Assembly: GCA_004431415.1 (NCBI GenBank)
Contig: QPMI01000612.1
Location: forward strand, 93,917 to 157,916
Length of the DNA stretch: 64,000 nucleotides
Direction: 5' to 3'
From: Cyanophora paradoxa CCMP329
Taxonomy: Eukaryota > Plantae > Glaucophyta
Below, in pieces: positions 58,201 through 64,000 of the stretch (the first letter of the stretch is position 1; every line of letters starts with the position of its first letter). The notes beneath the pieces were generated by a model, which saw nothing but the letters and a program-made list of their open reading frames with translations, was not told the origin of the DNA and did not search any database. The position numbers and the translations under genes were made by a program.

Positions 58201-61063
58201 GCGCTCGAGGTCGGCGAAGATGTCGCGGATGTCCTTCAGGGCGGCCTTCCACTTGTCGAACTGCCGCACGATGTCGCAGCTCATGAGCGACGTCACTTTT
58301 TCCCCCAACACCGCGTGCAGCTTCCGCAGCCGGCGGTTCTCGCCCGACAGCTGCCGGCCGCGCGTCAGCGGCGGTGGTCTAGTGATTGGGCCGCCGACGG
58401 GCTCGCCTTGTCGGCGGAGGACTGGAGGGTGTTAATGTAGGAGTCGAGGGCGGCGGACGACTGCCAGGTGACCTGCTGGCCCTCCATGCGGGTTTTGGGG
58501 TCCTTGACGACCCGCTCGAAGGCGATGGCGAGGTCGATAAGCATGCCCTTCTGGCACTCGATCATCTGCTGGTCGATGGTGTTGTAGAAGTTAGCCACCT
58601 GCTTCAGCACCACCGCCTGCCTGCGGGGCGCGTCACAAAGGGGCGCAAGGCGAGCTGGGGACGGGGGGCGGCCGCACTGGTAGAACTTGTTGCCGTCGGC
58701 GGCGATCTTGACGTATTTGGAGCTCACGGGGAAGCCCAGCGCCTGCATCTGGCGGACCTCGCGCAGCAGCTGAACGAGCCGCTCGCTGTAGTTGACCTTG
58801 AGCTTGCCGTCGCGAAGATCCCAGTCCATCAGCTTGCCAGACATCTGGAGGGCGAGGGGCGTGTTGGGGTCCGACATCGCCTCCTCCAGCTCCTCGCCCC
58901 AAGCCTTGAAGCTCTCTTTCTTGAACGCGTTCAGTTCGGCGGCAAGGTCGCTGCACTGTTGCTGCAGCTCCGGGAGCCGCGGCAGCTCCGCGAGGATGTT
59001 CGACGCGCACGCCGCCGTCTGCTGCACCTTCTCCATCAGCTGCGCCGCGAAGCACGCGTTCTCGGTCGCCTCCGACATGTTCTTCGCCCGGTCCCCGTCG
59101 CCCTTGCCCTGGCCCCGGGAGTACCGCGCCGCCGCCCGCTCCTGCAGCTCCCGCTTGCAGTTATCCACGTACGTCCGCAGCAGGTCCAGCAGCTTGTTCC
59201 GCTCGGGCGCTGCGCGGCGAGCTCAGCAGAGGGAAGACAGCCGCGAGTGCGAGAGACCGGAGGCGGACCGAGGACGCGGGCGATGGAGGTCCGGGCGAGC
59301 AGGGAGCTGTACCTCGAGAACTCGAGGAGGAGCTGATGCGGTTGCGCGGCGGCCTCCCGCTTCCCGGCCCCGCCCCGCGTCGCGCTCGCGGAGACGGACT
59401 CCTGCAGCATCGGCAGCAGCGAGCCGGCGAAGTGCGACCGCAGCTGCGCGCCCGCCCGCCCATCCGCCTGTTAGTAGCGCCGAGGGGGGGAGGGGAAGGG
59501 GTAGATGCGGGGCGGAGCGGGCCTTGTCGGCGATGCGGTGCTCGATCGGCTCCATGATGCGCTCGCGCTCCTCGAGGGCGGCCTTCCACGCGGGGAGCGT
59601 GTACTCGTTGAGGTGCATCGGGCTCATTCCCTGCAGCGGACCAAAGGAGCCCTCGACGCGCAGCTCGCGCTGCTCCTCGAGCGAGAGGAGCCGGCAGAGC
59701 TCCTCGTGCACGGTGCGCAGCTTGATCACCTCCTCCACGCGCTCCAGCAGCCGCAGCGCCGCGGCGTCGCTGTAGAGCTTCCCCTGCCACGGTTTCTCCC
59801 GCGCTCCGGGGGGCCACACTTTCGTGTTCAGGTTGTCAACGACCACGAGCCACTCCCGGCAGATCCGCTGGCTGTACGAGGCGGCCTTCTCCACCTCGCG
59901 GAACGGGTCCTTCCACACCTGCAGCGACGCGAACTGGTGCTGCATGTACCGCCCCACCGCTCCGCCGATCACCCCCAGCAAGTGCCGCATCCGCTTCTCG
60001 GGATACTGGAACTCCGATTTCCTGCGCGGCCTCGGTTAGCGGAAGATGAGGGAAATGAGCTCGGAGCGACAGTGGGGGGAAACTCGATGCGAACCAAATG
60101 TCCTCGAGCGCCTGCTCCGTGTTCTTGAGCAGGTCTAGCACGTCCTCTTCGCCGAGGGTGCTGCGGGGAATAAGGATGCGGCGGCAGGCGCTCGTTCGGC
60201 AGAAGGCCGCACTTGATCTCCTCGAACTTCTTGAGCGGCTCCAGCAGCTTGCGGAACTGTTGCGAACTCTGCTCGACGTGCCGCGTAAGGCGGATAGCTG
60301 CGGGCCCGGGGAATGGCTCCGCGCACCGCATCGTAGCCAGCCCTATCCGCCCAGTAGTGGTACTCATCTACAGGGGTGAGGATGCTCGAGGACTCGTCAC
60401 CTGCGAACGCGCTCGGTGAACGGGGAGCGGCAAGGCGCGGCGCTGCTTCCTGCGTGAGCGCACCGCCCAGCTGCGTGTCTGCGGATTGGCCAGTTCGGCG
60501 CATAACTGCGGCGAGGCCGGCCTCCAGGTCGGTCAGCAAGTTCTTGAGCTGCTGATCCAGCTTCGCGTCGTCGCCCCTTTCGTCGCGCACTCAAATCAGC
60601 GCGGGATGCCAGCAGCGGCGCGCAAGCTGTACAAGTAAACCGTGCTAGAGTACTCGGCTGCGCACTTGGCAAGCAGCGGAGCGTATACATTGTGGATCAG
60701 ATTGTAGAGGCTTGCCGTGGGGTCCACCATAGAGGACACGGAGACGACCGACCTGATGTTTTCTGCATCTAGGACCACGGGCCTGTTCTTCGAGAGGACC
60801 AGCGACGGTCCCTGTCCCGCGGCCGTGCTGGGCTCGTTTGAGACAGCAAGCTGTGTGCTTGCAGATCAGGAGGCGGGCGTAAAGTAGTGCAAAATGCACT
60901 CACGCACCTTTCCATTGATCAGGCCGACGCGCAGGAGCGTAATATTGCCGTCGTTGAGGAAAGCGGCCAGCTCGCTGCTCTCGGCTAGCTGGCCGGCTTG
61001 CGTTCCCAAATAGTCTTGTGCCAGGCGGAGCACATACTCCGCCCGCTGGTCGGCCGCCGGCAT
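46216..61063 (-). CDS. DYNC2H1: Cytoplasmic dynein 2 heavy chain (retrograde IFT motor, DHC1b), multi-intron
   Basis: AAA1 GPAGTGKTE and [13 protein letters not shown]2 [11 protein letters not shown]3 GPEGCGK, dynein-2-type AAA4 [34 protein letters not shown]. Confidence 0.95.
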
Positions 61064-61120
61064 GGCGACCTCTCGCGCACCCGCCTTGCGCTGCGAAGTC
61101 TGTATACCCCCAGAGCCAGG

Positions 61121-61160
61121 TAGGTCGGACTAAGTCCGACTAGGTCGGACTAGGTCCGAA
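61121..61160. promoter_or_regulatory. Tandem 20-bp palindromic motif in the divergent promoter
   Basis: TAGGTCGGACTAAGTCCGAC TAGGTCGGACTAGGTCCGAA, ~60 bp upstream of the dynein ATG. Confidence 0.4.
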
Positions 61161-61407
61161 GGTCCTTTTTGCAAAATCGGGCCACGCAGCCCCGCAGCCC
61201 GCGCAGCGTAGCCCCTGGCCGATAATGGAGTTTTGAGGGCGCTTGCCTGCCTGCACCCCACGAGCTGCCGAACGCAACTTTAGCTAGAGATCCAACTCGA
61301 GCTTTGGAGACTGCGAAGAAGACCCAGCGGGCGCGGAGGCTCTAGCTTCAGCCCACACAGGTGGCGGAAGGCACGCCGAGTCGCGAGAGGGGCGGGACCA
61401 AGCGCGC

Positions 61408-64000
61408 ATGGCGGCCAGCGATGTATACGACAGGGCTTACGAGCTCCTGAGGCAGCCGACCCCCAAGCCCAGCTCGCAGCAGCGGTCTGCACTTGTCCGA
61501 GGCGTAGCGCCGCCGCTGAGAGCGAACCGCTCACCGCCGCCGCAGGAGACTTCACGCTGCGCTGCACCACCCCGCGGCTCAGGGAGAGGGAGCTCGACCG
61601 TATACAGCGGACTCGCAAGGGAGCCAGACAGGATTTCGACATGGCATTCGCTCATACTCGAGCCCCTCAGGCGTTTCGGTCACTGTGCATTCCGCACAGC
61701 ACCGACCAGCGAGCCCGATGTCGAGTGAGCGACTGCGGTCGGCGGGCTCCCTGCCCTCGCCTGCCGCGCGCGGCCCCGCGTCGGCGCGGCCGATCACATC
61801 AGGGAGGGCCTCCGCAACGAACCCAAAGCGACTGCTGGCGGAGCTGCCGACGAGCCCGTACAGCCAGCAGATGATGCAGGAACACGGCAGCTTGATGACG
61901 AGCGTCGACTGGGAGGCACACGGGCGCGACTGGCTCCGCGACTTCGACCGCGAGCTGGGGGCGTATAGCTCGGTCGCCGTTTTCGCGGACGTGAAGATAC
62001 AGGAGATGCGGTCGATTCCCGTCTCGCCGGGCTGCCCGAACGTCTTCCGCACCGCCATCGCTCTCACCATCCTCGGCGCGCGCGGGCCCCGCCCCCGCCC
62101 CGCACCCGCGCCGCCCTGCTGACGCGCCCGCCAGACCGTCTCATCGGGCAGATGCAGCACGGAGACCTGCTGGCGGCCCTCCGCGACGAGCTCTGCCGCG
62201 TCCGCCCCTCCCGACCGCCGCACCCCCCTCACCGCCGCCTCCACACAACCCCTGCCCGCAGGCGATCTACTCTGACTGGGATCCCCCGGGCCAGTCCGGC
62301 TTCTCCCCGGTGCGCCCGCCCCGCCTGCAGCCTGCGGCCCCCGCGCGAGCGGGGGAGAGAGCGGGCGAGCGGCGCGCAGGGCTACATCGACCGGACGCCC
62401 TTCTTCGCGCGGTCGATGGCAGTGACGGAGGAGCGGGACAAGCTGAAGGCGCGGCTCGACGCCGAAATGGCAATCACGAAGAAGCACCGCGACCGCGTCC
62501 TCCGCATCATCAACAATTGGGCCCGCGCCGAGCTGCGCAAGGCATGGAGCGCCTGGGTCGCCGTGCGCGCCGCCCCGCCCTGCCATCTCTTCGAGCCCCG
62601 CGGCCCGCGCCGACCCGCTCCGCCTCGCCAGTTCGTGGAGACGCGCCGGGAGCAGCGGAAGCAGCAGCTCGTCAAGTCGCGCGTCCTCACGCGGAGTGCG
62701 CGGGCGCCCGCAACTCCGCCCCCCCTCCACCCGCACCGCCAAACTCCGCCCGCCCGGCCCCCGCGCAGTATTCGACAATGTGCTCCAGGACTGTTTCGTG
62801 GTGCGCCTCCCCGCTCGCGCGCGCGGGCCACCCGCCCTGTCCGAACCGCCGCGGGGGGCAGCGGTGGCGGGAGTACGCGGTGCAGAGCGCGCACCGGCGG
62901 CGTGTGCAGGAGGACCTGGACGAAAGCATGCTGACGGTGGAGGAGCGGAAGCGCAAGTACAACGACGCGGCGAAGAGCCGGGCCTCGATCCTCGAGTCGC
63001 GCGTCATCCAGCTGCAGGAGATGCTGAGGGAAGCGCAGTCGGAGGCGGCGCGGCGGCAGCAAGAGGCCGCCAAGGCGCTGAACTCGGTCTCGTCGGACCT
63101 GCTGCGCGCCCAGCTGGAGGCCTCCCGCATCTCCCGCGCTTGGGCCGGCGTCGTCGAGCGCGAGGGCATGCTGCAGGCGCGGCGCAGCGATCCCCCGCCC
63201 CCCCTTGCCCCCGCTCCTCATCGACGCCACCGCCCTCTCCCCCCGCAGATCGCTCAGATGAACCAGACGCTGGTGACGCTCAAGCAAGCCGGGGCGTTCG
63301 TCCCCGACGTGCGGCGGCTACTGGCGCCGGCCTCGGTCCCCGTCGCGCGACTGCTCCCCTGGCTCAACGCCCACCTCCAGCGCTCCCGCTTCGCCCTCGT
63401 CCAGTCCCTCCGCTCCCTCGCCCCCGACGCTGTGCGCCCTCCTCGCTTCCTCCCGCTATGTCATGGCCACCTTTTTTGTCGCAAGTCGCTTCAGATGGAC
63501 TCCCCCTCTCCACCCGTTCCTGACGCTTTGCGCTCGCCAGATGGGGGACTACGCTGTGCTGGCGATCGTCGTGGAGGAGCTCTCGCCCACGGACCTCAAG
63601 TCGGGTGCTGTGTTGGAGGAGACCTCGATGGAGCGCCGCCTCCAGGCCGTGAACCGCGCCCTCCGGCGCCTCGGGTCGCTGCCGCTCGCGCCGCTCCACC
63701 GACGGCCCTCCAACGAGGACCCCGCCAACGACCTCTCCGCCGTCCTCTCCGAGCTCTACCGGCCCCTGCAGTGCCTCACCGGCGACGAGGCAGCCCGGAG
63801 CGAGGCCCTGCACGAGGAGGCGGCGGAGCTTGAGGCGCTGAAGGCGGCGCCCGTGCCGGAGCTGCTGATAGCGTGGGTGAACTACCTCCTGGCGCTGCAG
63901 TCCTCGTCGCGCCGCATCTCCAATCTCGGCGACGACCTCCTCGACTGCGAGTCTTACCTCGCCATCGCCGAGCACTGGTACGCCGCAGCGAAGGAGGAAA
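61408..64000 (+). CDS. Coiled-coil protein with calponin-homology-like domains, runs off the window
   Basis: Exons with coiled coil (ILESRVIQLQEMLREAQ) and CH-like LLPWLNAHL and ELLIAWVNYLL..RRISNLGDDLLDCESYL. Confidence 0.55.

Overview
Eukaryotic nuclear DNA, GC-rich and gene-dense, with many very short (~50-70 nt) spliceosomal introns. It most likely comes from a flagellated alga with a primary plastid: the MAF... transit peptide on FeSOD, plant-type CGS and IFT dynein fit a glaucophyte such as Cyanophora (inference). Genes in order: 3' end of an alpha/beta hydrolase, a disrupted Ada-Zn-like gene, USP7/UBP12, NOP58, an ACC-synthase-like aminotransferase, intron-containing histone H4, WBP11, an EF-hand protein, CDC16/APC6, actin, cystathionine gamma-synthase, FeSOD, TBC1D22/GYP1, a membrane protein, dynein-2 heavy chain and a coiled-coil/CH-domain gene. 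Most notable features: (1) a 2.76-kb poly(A)-tailed, Ulp1-protease-bearing insertion flanked by an apparently perfect 884-bp direct duplication; (2) a ~400-bp repeat whose fixed end abuts the stop codons of three unrelated genes (0, 2 and ~36 nt away); (3) a 1114-bp higher-order tandem array running into a dead ORF; (4) many GC-AG introns. Exon boundaries were read by eye and CDS spans include introns.
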